Shown: in pieces, positions 1-11,511 of the stretch | Layout of the letters: each line of letters opens with the position of its first letter | Position numbering within the stretch: position 1 is the stretch's first letter | From: Macrostomum lignano | Taxonomy: Eukaryota | Assembly: GCA_002269645.1 (NCBI GenBank) | Contig: NIVC01002135.1 | Coordinates: forward strand, 1-35,416 | Length of the DNA stretch: 35,416 nt | Direction of reading: 5' to 3' | The notes under the pieces: model-generated | The model's database searches: none | Seen by the model: only the letters and a program-made list of their open reading frames with translations | Told to the model about the DNA's origin: nothing | Translations under genes and position numbers: made by a program

Positions 1-292
1 TTTTCTGATTGGACAAGCATGGATGACTAACTCGACTTCTGATTGGTTAAGCTCAAGACCCCAAATCACTCTTCGGACGCTCTCAAACCCAGGAAGTTTG
101 ACAGATGCGGTCAGAAATCATAAAAAAACAGGGGGAAGAAGCGCCAAAACTGCTTTTGCCAGACATCCTGGTGCAAAATGTGACAGCTAGACGAGCATAA
201 CCATAAGTGCGCGGGCACTGTTAGGGTTTGTTTGTTATTGCTATTGCGTGCATGTTGGGGTAGGCACCACCCGTCTCTACCTAAAAATATAT

Positions 293-308
293 TGGCATGC
301 GCAGTGAG
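293..308 (+). promoter_or_regulatory. Possible degenerate primer-binding site (tRNA-Ser-like)
   Basis: TGG[CATG]CGCAGTGAG just upstream of gag; without the 4-nt insert it resembles TGGCGCAG(C/T)GAG, recalled as complementary to a tRNA-Ser 3' end. Not checked against a tRNA set. Confidence 0.3.
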
Positions 309-1091
309 GTGAGACTCACGCTATTGGTTACTCATTCTCGAAACCACGCTCTGATGGCAGCCGTTTCATCATGGCCAAATCAGAGCAAGCCTCCAAAGTT
401 TAGCGGCGAATCCACTGTGAGAATGTGGCTCAGCACGTTTGAGGACTTCACGGATGACTGCGAATGGGACGATAAGAAGAAGGCGAGAAGCTGAAACTGC
501 TGGTGACAGGCGAAGCGCCAAGCTTCGTCTGGGAGCAGGTGAAGTAAAAGTTGATCGGGAGCTTCGGCATCAGCCTGAGCTGCTACAAAGAGCGAAAGCG
601 GCAGCCAAACGAATCACTGAGGGAGCTGGCCTACAACCTGAAGCTTCTCCACCTTCGCGCTCGCCCGGATGACTCTGTAGCAGCCCGAGAAAAAGGATTT
701 GGAGTTTCGCTTGATGCGCCTCCTCCCAGCGGTCGTGAGAGATGCGCTGCTGAAGGACAAGGACGCTGACTCGTGCTCGCTCGCAGATACCGTCGACCGA
801 GCTGCGTGACTTGAGCAGGTGGGCCACTTGAGTTCGGCTTCAGCAGCTTCTGTAGCAGTTGGAGGACAAGATGATAAGCTAGCTGGAGCAGCAAATGCAG
901 CAGCGACAGCCAGCATCCGAGCGGGCTCATACGACAGGACAGATGTCACAAGGTTGGCATCAAGTGATACTGCTGCGGCGAGCTGGGCCACATCGCCAGG
1001 CGGTGCCCGAAGATGATCGGCAGTCGTTGCAGCCGGTGCTCAGGCAAGGGCCACACCGCAGCGGTGTGCCGACACCAGCTGACAAGCCGCA

Positions 1092-1148
1092 GGGAAACTT
1101 CTGAGGGTTGGCAGCCTTGGGCCAGCACCGACCCACTCTAAAGGGCCC
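1092..1148 (+). promoter_or_regulatory. -1 programmed ribosomal frameshift signal at gag/pol junction
   Basis: G GGA AAC (1092-1098) in the frame ending PQGNF-stop; the -1 frame is open from 1092 into LLDTG protease; stem GGGTTGG (1105-1111) / CCGACCC (1128-1134) starts 6 nt downstream. Confidence 0.75.
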
Positions 1149-2609
1149 GCGTCGCGCCTTCCGTCTTCGGTGCGTCTCGGCAGTCTGACAGCGCCGTCTC
1201 TGCTCGACACTGGCGCCCAAGTTTCATTGATGGATAAGTCCTTCTTCGACAGACTGGCCTGTCAGATCGACTCCACTAATTTTGATGCCTTGCTGACAGC
1301 GGTTTACGGCTTGAGGCTACGCTGCTTCAGCCAGTCGGCAGTGTATGTGTAACAATTGGCAAAACCATCCGAGTGCGTCATCGCTTCACGGTAGTGGACG
1401 GCATCCATCCGGCATGGACTCCATAGGCCAGGTGTCGCAGGCGATGGCCATTGAATTAAAAAGAGGGTATCGATTGTCAAGTTCGATGGCACCACGGTGC
1501 CCTTCAGCAGTAAGCCAATCCGGGCCGACTGTTGCCTGTGCGAGTGTTCCAATGGCTCAGGTGGCCTCGGACGAGTGTCGCATACCGGTTAAAATGTACA
1601 ATCTGGTGGAGGAGCCCGTGCTACTGTACGCCAACAAGGCAGTCGACACTTTCGAAGGCGCAATGCCCGACGGGAGGGTCACAAGGAGACGGCTCACGAG
1701 ACCCCCGTCGGGTGGAACATCAACGCAGAGCTACAGGTACCTGGACCGGATACGGCAGCTGCTAGAGCGCAACGAGGACTTGTTCGCTAAGCACGAGTAC
1801 CACCTGGGCACGACGGAGCTGCTACAGCACCTAGATTAAACTGGGGGCAGGAACGTGGCCGCACCGGCAAAACCTGCGCCGCCTTCCTCTGTCTGTGCAG
1901 GACCAGGTGGATGTCCTTTTAAATAGTAAAAAGAATACTGAATACTGAAAGCTAGCCTACTAAGAGTAAGAGAACAGAATGGAACTCAGCTGCGATTCTA
2001 AGATTGAAAGAATGTGCGTTCTGATCATACGCTTAGAGACTAGGAGTTATGATATGGGCTCACTATCAAGAAAATAAAGAAATGCCTTCAATTAAGTGCA
2101 TCTTCACTAGTTCTGCGTTTAATCTTCAGCATTTAATCTCTTAAGCGACTCTCACGTAACAGTTAATCGATAATTATTTTCAAATCAGCAGACTGGAAGT
2201 TAATCGAAACAGTCATGATTGAGATGTTTAAAATGCTAGTGTCTGATAGTCTCTGGAGCTTCTAGTTGGCATGCCAACAGCACTAACTTTTTTAAAACAC
2301 CAACTGCTGGTTGTTATAAAACACTGTACGAACCCAGGACGCCTGCTAGTGCTATTAATCACAGAAATCAAATTCACGAGAGTGGAGAAGTTAAATCTTT
2401 GCGAATTCATTTTTACCCTTAATAACTAAAAAAAAACACAAAAACGCAAAGCTACACCACCATTTGTACTTTCTGTCTGACTATTAAAGCTAGTATCGAG
2501 TTGACGGATAAGCGTTTATCTGAAAGCTAATACGCTCGTATACTTGAGGGATCTACAGGAGCATCGTGCAGAGATTTAAATTGGACACCCATGCAGTCCC
2601 AATCCCAAA

Positions 2610-2923
2610 CAGGCGCGTCGCCACCGAGGGACGTCCCCCCTGTAAAAGCTCTGGGGGACATGCCAATGCTTTGTCCCCCCACCCCACCTTGTGAGTCGTG
2701 ATGTAATCAGTAATTTTTCTTCAGGGCGCCAAAACAGCACCTTCGGCGCCAAAATGATTGCCTTCGGCGCCAAAATGAGTGCCTGTGGCGCTAAAAGGAA
2801 TGTCTGCGGCGCCAAAAGGAGTGCCTGGGGCGCTAAAAGGAGTGCCAAAATTTAGTCATGTACATGTAATATTAAATTCTTAGCTTTGTCCCCCCCAACA
2901 TAAAATTCATGGCGACGCCCCTG
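2610..2923. mobile_element. MITE with 14-bp terminal inverted repeats
   Basis: CAGGCGCGTCGCCA (2610-2623) vs TGGCGACGCCCCTG (2910-2923), one mismatch; flanks ATCCCAAA / GTCACAGA match 5 of 8 (possible eroded 8-bp TSD, hAT-like). Confidence 0.7.
2725..2850. repeat. About six copies of a ~21-bp GGCGC(C/T)AAAA-containing repeat inside the MITE
   Basis: ggcgccaaaacagcaccttc, ggcgccaaaatgattgccttc, ggcgccaaaatgagtgcctgt, ggcgctaaaaggaatgtctgc and so on. Confidence 0.9.
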
Positions 2924-3139
2924 GTCACAGAATTAAAAACACAAACAATTTCACAACTTCTTTGTTATGATAAGCACAACGACTACTTATAAAGCTTGGA
3001 TAGTTATATAAATCTCATATATTTGTGCAAAGGAATGCAAATAATAGAAACTGATGTAGAAAAAAAAACAATTACTACAACAATCACCGATGCCACAGAT
3101 GCAAATGAATTCTTAAATTGATGAAAATAAACTGCTTAC

Positions 3140-3213
3140 CATGCACGTAGCATCCATATTTTGCCGCCATCGAATTGCGTATTGCTGTTAATAACAACAA
3201 ACGGGGCTGTCAT
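3140..3213 (-). CDS. Possible first coding exon of a gene running off the left of the window
   Basis: ATG at 3213 opens MTAPFVVINSNTQFDGGKIWMLRA and ends at a strong donor TG|GTAAGC (3139); no partner exon or homology recognised. Confidence 0.3.
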
Positions 3214-6200
3214 CAATGAATGTCACTCTTCCATCGAATTACCGAACTCATCGCGTGAAGCTAAACTTTTTGGCAGAATAGACAGTCAAACTCGCGTGGC
3301 CTACATGCGGTCCGCGGCAATGAGTTAGGAGCTGGTGATGAACGAGCAGCAGTCAAGGAGTACGAACAAAACCAAGCGAAATAGGTAACGCCGTTACTTC
3401 GACAAGCCAAACACCGTTTCCCCTGACAGTCCATAGATAGAGAGAGACAGACAGACAGAGACAGACAGACGTTAATAAATGCCGATAAAGACTGTCAGGG
3501 AAAATCGGCCTCTGATGACGCTAAATGAAAACTGCGCGCTCCATCTGATGAAACGGGCAAAAGGCGAATTCCATGATGACATCAGGTTGCACATACTAGC
3601 GCGATGTTGTTCACTTGTGCGTCGGCATCAAGCGCACCTCAATCGAAAAGTGTTACAATAGGAAAAAATGTAATTTCTATAACTTTGCCTAAAAAAGAAT
3701 ACAAAGTTACACTGTCAAATACAACTGTGGCATCGAATGAAAGTTACAAAGCACAGGTGAGGTGTATAGTACAAAATTACGAAAATAGGAGGGTATTTTA
3801 CATAAAGGGCATGTACAGCCTAAAAAAGTTAAACTATGAAAGAAAAAAATAGAAATTGACAGCAATTAATCACAGTTATAGCACTTTGTTGATATAATAT
3901 AAAAAACAAAGTAATAAGAGATTAGTATTATAGTTGTGACAAAACATGCTTGTAGATAACCACAAATCTCTTCTAATTTGGACAATGAATATGCTGACTT
4001 CAGCTCATAGGCCAGACAGACTTCAGTCTTAAGGGCTTGAGCAGGTAGGTTTATTGAGCGACTAGGTGAGTCTATCCCACGAGATTTTATATTATACTTG
4101 AGTAGTAAGGCAGCTTCAGCATTTTGGGCTTGCACCATAGTACTGAAAAGAAACAATATAGAATGAACATTTTATATTTGAATTGATCTTTAAGATTTAT
4201 TCGAAATCTAAGGACAGATAGCCACTAACTAGTAGAAAGGACAAAAAAGATAATACTAGAAATATACAAGAGTTGATACAAGTACTAAGGCTAGGCCAAA
4301 TTCATTTTTTAATACTAAAATACACAATAGTTAACAAATGATAATTCTAAGTCATTTAATAAAAATAGAATAAAGGAAACAAAAGATAAAAGGAAAATAG
4401 GGAAAAGAAAGACCAAAATAAATAAGGATCTAATATAAATATTATTTTTGCAATAGGCCAAATTTTGTATATAAAATAGATTAAAGTTAGTTTCTCATTT
4501 AGTTTAAATCATGTTATGTTTGAAATAATTTATAAAACACTAACAAGCAAAACAATTGTTGATAAATTTGGATATATAGCTTAGACAACTAGTGGTTACT
4601 AAACACTTTGTCAATTTACACTTTAGTTATCTACTTTGAAAATATAACATGCTGTCAACTAGCCAATTGACATGCTTTAAAGTTTGGTCAATTCATTATC
4701 CACTGTTAAAAATAATTATAGATTCAATTTATTTGGATAACAAAGTTTATAAGATAACAAGCGTCTAAAAATGCAACTAGTGTCATAAGAGCTAATTTTT
4801 ACTTAGCAACCTAAACAAAGTAATATATATATTGTAAGCTATTTAAAGCTAAAGGAAGGTTAATTTTCACTTTAATATTATATATAAAATAGATATACTA
4901 GAACTAGAGTCTGGATACTATTTATTACTAAGCCTATAGATATATATATTTAGTTTGAATAAAATTTTAACTAAGGCCTAGTTTTTTTCATGCTGTAGAT
5001 ATCTGCTATTCTAGTTTATAGTCCAACTGCACATAAGACTAAACAAAATATAAAATTTGGTATAGTGCTAGTGCAGTGGCAAATGCAAGTACAACCATAG
5101 TCATAGGTCATGACCTAGTGACTAGCCTAACTAGTCTTATTTTGCTATAGGTACAGATGGCTAAGTCTTAGGCTTAGTTAGGCCTACTATAGAAGTAGGT
5201 TTATGTAGGGCCTATTAAGCAAGTTTTAATAGGGGGGCCTACTCTACTAGACTACCATACAAATATAGGCCTAGTCCTTGATATAACTCTAGCTGTGCTG
5301 ATAGTGATAGGTTAAAAGAAGCATATCTAGATAATATCACATTTAAAACTGTTTCAGTAAGATGAAATGTTAAAAAAATAAAAACATATAGATTCAACAA
5401 AAAATAGAATAGACTTAAGACATTTAAATTCAATACTAGGGGGGTGTATGTTCTTAGGCCTATTAATTTGCTAAAACCTATTCGCCATATTTATGTTTGT
5501 ACGAGCGTATAATGGCGCCACTACTTAGCTAGTAGCTAGCGTAGCGTAGTTAACTTGTATGCATATGAGGTAGGGCCGGTTTGGAGATTTACTTGTTATT
5601 CGGTATGGTAGCTGAGCTGAGTCAGCTGGTCAACACACTGAAAACGAAAAAAATTGAAATTTGAAAATTTGAACTGCCGCCTGCGTCAGTTCGCGCATTT
5701 CTCGCCGGAAAATCTCGCGCAGTGAAATTCGTTGCCTCCGAATTACTCCGTCTGCCGGGGTATTCAATTCCGGGGGAGGGTGGTAAAATCGTAGTCGAGC
5801 GGTCGCTAGCACGGGCTCGTTCAGTTCTTCAGACACCATTACAGATGTACGTCGATTTTTGCTACATACAACTAAGCATTATACAAGTAGTGCTGCTACC
5901 AACCGTAATTATAGCGTACTATACAGACCGTCAGCTATTTCTCAGATCTTGCTTCGAGTTGAGAATTGAGAGTTTTACACCCCAGGGGGCAAAATATTTT
6001 AAGATAACGCTAAAGTTTTTGATCAATGATTAAACCCCAAAATAGAAACAGAGCAAAAACAAGACAAGGGGCCTACAAGAACGGCACACCCGGTTCAGCT
6101 AGGGGAGGCGAACCCCAACACCAACTGAAAGCGGGAGGAAGGAAACCAGCAGTCCAAATAAACACAACAAACTGCAGAGAAATAAAAACAAGCCGGAACT

Positions 6201-6239
6201 ATCAGGGTCACAGCGCCAGCCCTAAAGCTCGCACCTAAT

Positions 6240-7085
6240 TATAGCGCAGCTAGGATCTGCTTCTGCCGTCGCAACTCGCTCCGCTCGAGAACCGCGCCAG
6301 AGACCGCGGGACTTAATGCGAGCGATGCCGGATCAAGTAACCGGCCGCCGGTTGACTCATTGAGGCAGGCCCTGCGCAGATCTTCTGGCTGTGCTTGGCC
6401 CAGCCGAAGTAGCGCAGCAGAATTATACAGCAGCATGTGGTGGGGATGCGTCAGGCAGCGCAGCAGCGGGTCGCTCAGCAGCTGCCAGGACCCCGGCATA
6501 TGGTGAGCCCTAAACTGAAAGTCGTGCCTCAACGCTGCCAGATGGAATGGCCGTTTTGAGCAGGATTATTACGATCGGGTTGTTGGAGGACCACGGTTAT
6601 GGTGCCGACCGCCGCGCTGCTGTCGACGAAGCAGGCCACCTCGTGGCCGGCCAGCTGCTCCTAGAATAGAATGATGGCGAGCAGCAGCAATACTGTCTCC
6701 TTCCTTGGAGTTGATATGCTCGCTCAAAAGATGGCACCAGCATCACTGCAGAAGTTGACGAGGCAAAACTCGCGCAGGGGATCAGAGGTGCTCAGGATCA
6801 TGTCACTCGCACTAACGCAGGCGTCTGTCTCGAACGCTGCCAGCACTCGAGCACGTCGGCACAGCTTGTCGGTCGGGAAAACTTGTCGTTTCCCGAGACG
6901 GACCGGCCGGCTTCGTCTCGCGCTCTATACGAGCGGGGAGACTCAGCACCTAGTCGTGCTGCTTACCGACCTGCTGTCGCACGAACGCGCAGGCAGTATA
7001 GGCAGGCAACCAGGGTCGCAGCGAACGCACAGGCCCTTGGTGATCACAAGATTCTAAGCACTAAACCCCAAAAGGAACACGACAG
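6240..7085 (-). mobile_element. DIRS/Ngaro-type tyrosine-recombinase retrotransposon fragment (RT end, thumb, RNase H), degenerate
   Basis: Minus strand with frameshifts: VFLLGF (FLG motif), VRQQVGKQ (LxxLVGKL-like), AFETDAC, HINSKE, LAGHEVACFVDSSAAVGTI, FRAHHMPGSWQLLSDPLLR (HIPGxxNxxADxLSR-like). Confidence 0.8.
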
Positions 7086-7175
7086 GTGACACAGTTGCGC
7101 AGTTTCGGCACTCGGGCGCTCTAGACGTTCCGGTAGTAAGTACGTGTTATATTAGGCGTTGGGCCAAGGACTTGA

Positions 7176-9385
7176 TGTAACCACGCTCTGGTCGCGGGAT
7201 AGGGCATGGGAACTTTTTCGAAAGTGCCTCCTATCCCGTGCACCCCCTGCACAGAGCTGTCGAGACTCGGCCAGGTCCCCGACCAGACCTGGAGACTCCC
7301 GCTCTGCTGCACCCCTCTACTGCCTTGGTTCCGTCTCTCCTGCCGCCACACCTGCCTTTCCGGAGCTCCCTATCCCTCTCTGTACCTCCCCCTCTACCTT
7401 ATCTCCCCTGCGCTCCACCCTAGTCTTCTTGTACTTTCCCTATCCGGCCCCCTCTTTTTGTCTCTCTCTGCACTATTTTCCTGCGCTGTCCCCTCCTTCT
7501 CTGCGTCTACTTACAGTATTTTGTGTGCTCACCGACCTCCCATTCCTTCCCAAACTCCCAAACGGTGACGCAAGTCGTGTGACCCCTTCTTCCCCCCGAT
7601 GAATCATCGATGACTCATCCCCCTCTCTTGCGCAACCTTTTCTCATGCTATTGTTCTCCTCCCCAAATTTCTCACGCGACACCCACCCCACCTCCGCTTC
7701 TATTGTTCTCGTTTTTGATTCTTTTGTTCTCTTTATCCCCACCAATTATCACATTTTCTCCGATTTTCTCTTTATTTTGTTCTCGTTTTCGCACCTAATT
7801 AACACCTTTTCTCCAATGTTTACTTTTCTATTGTTCTCGATTCTCCCCAATTATCCCCGATTTCCAATTCCTTTGTTCTCGACCCCAGCCCAATTGTTCA
7901 CAATGTTTGCTTGCGCAACACTTTTGCGATCACCCGCTGCGCCAATTATCCCCCACCCCACCTCCGGATTGTGCAATTTCCCTATTTCTCATGTTGCTAT
8001 GCCGGTCTCATGTTTCTCATCATGACTCATTCTGACGTCATTCTGCCGGCAGCCAATCAGAGAGAGGGAGCCATGTAAACGACCTTGGAGCGGCGGCTGG
8101 GAAGGCTATAAAAGGAGGCGGTTTTCGGCATGAGAATCCTCAACTTTTGCCCACCTTCGGGCTCCTAGTCTCTCTTTAGACTTGCCGTCAGACTGAGTTC
8201 TGACCCATTCGTCTATAAGACGAATCCCTGCCGGTCCGCGGTCTGTTACCGCCAAGTTATCTTCAGCTCCCCAAGTGAGCTCGCCTATCGGCCAGCGGTC
8301 TGACACCGCCCAGCATCATCAGCATCGCCTGATCTACACCAGCGCCTCGTCGCTTCAGCGCATCGCCGCTTCACGGTCCGCCTGACTGCAGCCTACAGCC
8401 GCCCTCGGTGCCTCTCTCTCTCTCTCTGTGCAGCTGCCGGTAAGTTCCTGTTACTGATTTGTGCTCCAATTGCCTTTGCTTATCCGGAGTTTGCCTATTT
8501 TTCCATTGTCTGATTAGAGAGCTGAGCCAATTGTGATACCGTACCTTTTGCTGTATTTTTACTCAATAGTGAAGCCGCCTAATTGCCTGATTATTTGCCT
8601 AAGGGCCAAATTATTAACTATTAACTAACCTCATCATTATTCACTCTTTCACCATCATTTCACTCATGGCTTGCTAAGCCTTTCTCCCGGGGTGGCAAAG
8701 CATAAGGAAGTTGGGTAAGCTAATGGCCTCTCCCCGTGCAAAGCCCGCCTGTGAGTGCGTGCTGCGGGGCCGCGTGTGCGTGCAGTAGAGGGATTAGCAA
8801 GTCTTGGCACAGAATGGCAGTAGGAAGATTGCAACCCCCATGCTGACGCGTCCCTTCGCCCTGAGCAATCTAAACTATAGACAGTACATGTTCGCCTCAT
8901 ACTACTCTTAGTAATCAAAGTCGCAAGTCAGCCTCGCTCACAGCCACAAAGGATCCCCTGCTGAGAAATCCTCCAGATTGAGCCCAGAGTTCCCGATCAT
9001 GACCCAAGCAGAGTCCCTGTACTCGGCTGCATGTGTCTCCCCTGTTAGCCTAAATCTCCTGGTAACCATCCCAGGCGGGGCTCTAGCCTCGAGAGGTCTG
9101 GTAGAAAGATCCAGGTGCGCCAGGTCACATAGAGTGATGGCAGCCACTCGGTCATACTATGACCGAGTGACCAACTATTGCACCTTGGCTACAGGTAAGG
9201 TCCATGTGGGTCCTTGGCCCTCTGGTCACAAAGCGCTACCAAAGCTATCAATCATGTGGGCGGGACAGTCTGGTGCTGGAGGTCCGTCAGGTCATTGCCC
9301 GGTCATAGGCAGCCTACGGTCATTGCCCCCTCTAGTCATGCGTTCGTCTCTCAATAGGAGCGGACCGGCGACAAGGGCGGTTACA
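7176..9385 (+). mobile_element. LTR-like element bounded by TGTAACC...GGTTACA with internal Pol II promoter
   Basis: TGTAACC at 7176 and GGTTACA ending 9385 (imperfect inverted match over ~22 bp); long pyrimidine-rich segment, then promoter motifs; no matching target-site duplication. Confidence 0.5.
8023..8113 (+). promoter_or_regulatory. Compact Pol II promoter (AP-1, CRE, CCAAT, TATA)
   Basis: TGACTCA 8023-8029, TGACGTCA 8033-8040, CCAAT 8053-8057, TATAAAA 8107-8113 in canonical order; donor CCG|GTAAGT at 8440 after a (CT)n tract. Confidence 0.65.
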
Positions 9386-9869
9386 TCAGACTACTCAAGT
9401 AACATATCTACCTAATTTGTCCTTGTATTGGGCTTGGATTCGCAGAGGCGAATCGCAAAGGGGGGAACAGCACACGCCAGTAAATAAAAGACAGCTCCAA
9501 ATGTGGTGGGGTTAAAGCTGCAGGGTAATAAAAACAGCAGGTGGGGCAGAGAGAGCGAGAGGGGATTGGCTGCAGCCACACAGAACGCAAATGGGGGTAG
9601 GAAACAAAGAATAACAGATGATAGAGACAGCCAATGAGAGGGCGCGGGGAGAGAGGGCTAACCATAATCAGGGGTCCGAAGTCACAGACAATGGCTGGGT
9701 AATAAATAAAAAAACTTCAATAATAAATTTATCAATAATATAGGTCTAGGTAGTGGCACCAAAATACAGTGAAGTACATTATAAAAAAAGTTGCGAGCAT
9801 GGAAGGGTTAGGCAGGGTTGGCAGAGGGAGAGAGAGAGCTACAGTATGGGCTAGTAGATTAAATAATAA

Positions 9870-11511
9870 CACACTGGGATTGCATGTTGCCAGAACTGCA
9901 ACTTGACTAGCAGCTCGCCGCGCACAGGTACTCGATGATGCTGTTCGGGAATGGCGATTTTCATCTCCATGAGTGCGCGGAGCAGGGCCTTTGCTGGTTT
10001 GGTCTCTTTGCAGAACCAGTTCAGTTTGCCTACTAGGTGCTGAAGGCGACGTTTCTGCAGGCTCCTTGACTTGGCGCAGACCTGGAGCAGCTCTTTAAGC
10101 CTGCCCATCTTCTGGGTAGGTACTAGGCAGCGACAGCAGGCCAGCCAATGTGTTGATCTACACGCCCAGGAAAGTGATTGAAGTGGCTGGGCTCTGCGTT
10201 TTGGTCCAGCTGAGGCGCTTCAGGGTGGCCAACAGAAAGTTGTGCAGCTGCAGACAGACCTCGTAGTCCCGGCAGCTATGCAGAAATTGTCTAGTCGGTA
10301 GGCGACGACGATGAATTTGGACAGATGCGAGAATTGTCTGTACATGTAGCGCTTGACAGCTTGCGTTAGGCGGTAGAATATGTTTACCGATGACGCCGTA
10401 CCGAATAAGCGTCGCGTGTCAACCAGGTAGGCCAGGTAGTCCGTGCAGGTAAGTTGGCTGACTGTCCAGCTCAAAAGCCCACTGAGACCCGTCGCCAGGT
10501 AGCAGTCTGGGTGCACCTGAACGCTTCGGTAGGCGTGGCGAAGGTCGACCTTGCTGAGGAACCAGCCTGGTGTCAGCTGCCTGGTCGGATCCTTGAAACT
10601 GGCAAAATTCGGCTTCTGGGGAGGGGGATTGTACAGATCGCTGAGGCTGTGGCCCATTGGGCTGTGGCGCGGACGCGTCGTGATCAATCAGGCGGATGGC
10701 GCCGTCTGCCTTCGGCCGTCTGCCTTCTGGATGGCGCCCAGTGGGCTGATGATGGTCGGTCTGACAATGCCCAAGTCATTTGCGCAGATGTACCGTTCTG
10801 CCACCACCTCCTCCCTGATCTGCAGTTCAACGGCAGATTCACCTCACAGACGGCGGATGCATGATTCTCGATTTGGGATTTTCTGATCGGGGTCGCGTCA
10901 GTAATGCGAAAGCCATTGCGAATTCCCACACTCAGAAACTCTGCGTCTGAGTCGCCGAGTAAGACTGGTGTCCAAGCGACAGCTGACAGCGGCCAACGGC
11001 TTCGGAGTGCAGCGACCAGGTCGGTGGCGAGGTTCGCAACAGGCCCGGCGGCAGGGCCAGCGGCAGGGCGAGAGGCAGGACGAGCAGCCATCTCGCATGG
11101 AATTAAAATATTGGAATGTCTAGCAAACGCCATCTGCTTAGGGCTAAAATTGGTGCCCCTGCGACCCGCCTCTCCACTTAGTGTTTTGATTCGGCAGCCA
11201 CTGAGCCATGTTGCAGATTTAAGTGGCTCCCTTCACAGATGCGGTAGATATGGGTGTAATTGCAGGTGTGTCTGTGTCAGCCTTTGTCGCTATTGAACAG
11301 GCCTCAGATGACCCGTATAGCGGATGACAGCTGACCCTTGCTCCGGTGACCTTGGACTCCTTGACCGCCACATGGCCAGCAGCTTCCAGGTTTCTGGTGA
11401 TTTGCCGTGATATGCTTGATGATGAGGTTCAGATAGGGGCTGTCCCATTCGCGCTGTTGCGAGTGATGTTGCAGCCTCATGTCCTGGTCGTACTGGAGCA
11501 CCACCTTCCAG
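9870..11511 (-). mobile_element. Ngaro/DIRS-type retrotransposon fragment (gag C-terminus with zinc finger, RT, thumb), degenerate
   Basis: Gag HWKVVLQYDQDMR...WD and LFNSDKG*HRHTCNYTHIYRICEGSH; RT EFLSVGIRNGFRI, ISPLGAIQKADG, FLSKVDLRHAYRSV, LFGTASSVNIF, AYRLDNF (YLDD-derived), SITFLGV; thumb LQHLVGKLNWF. Confidence 0.9.

Larger units (their letters stand above)
293..1920 (+). mobile_element. Degenerate Ty3/Gypsy LTR retrotransposon fragment (gag, two zinc knuckles, protease, start of RT), 3' truncated
   Basis: Gag-like MAAVSSWPNQSKPPKFSGE from ATG 354 with frameshifts. Two CX2CX4HX4C knuckles: 965-1006 (first Cys codon is TGA) and 1028-1069. Protease LLDTGAQVS in ORF 1170-1352. RT N-terminal-like HLGTTELLQH...HRQNLRRLPLSVQDQV near 1800-1915, then abrupt change to AT-rich DNA. 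Confidence 0.9.

Noticed and set aside
3500-3570. CTGATGA...GAAA resembling a hammerhead ribozyme core
   Set aside because: No stem II can close between CTGATGA and GAAA and no flanking stems were found.
3866-4156. 96-aa minus-strand ORF
   Set aside because: No recognisable motif or convincing splice partners; AT-rich context.
7171-9390. Target-site duplication for the LTR-like element
   Set aside because: Flanks CTTGA and TCAGA do not match, so a clean solo-LTR call is unsupported.
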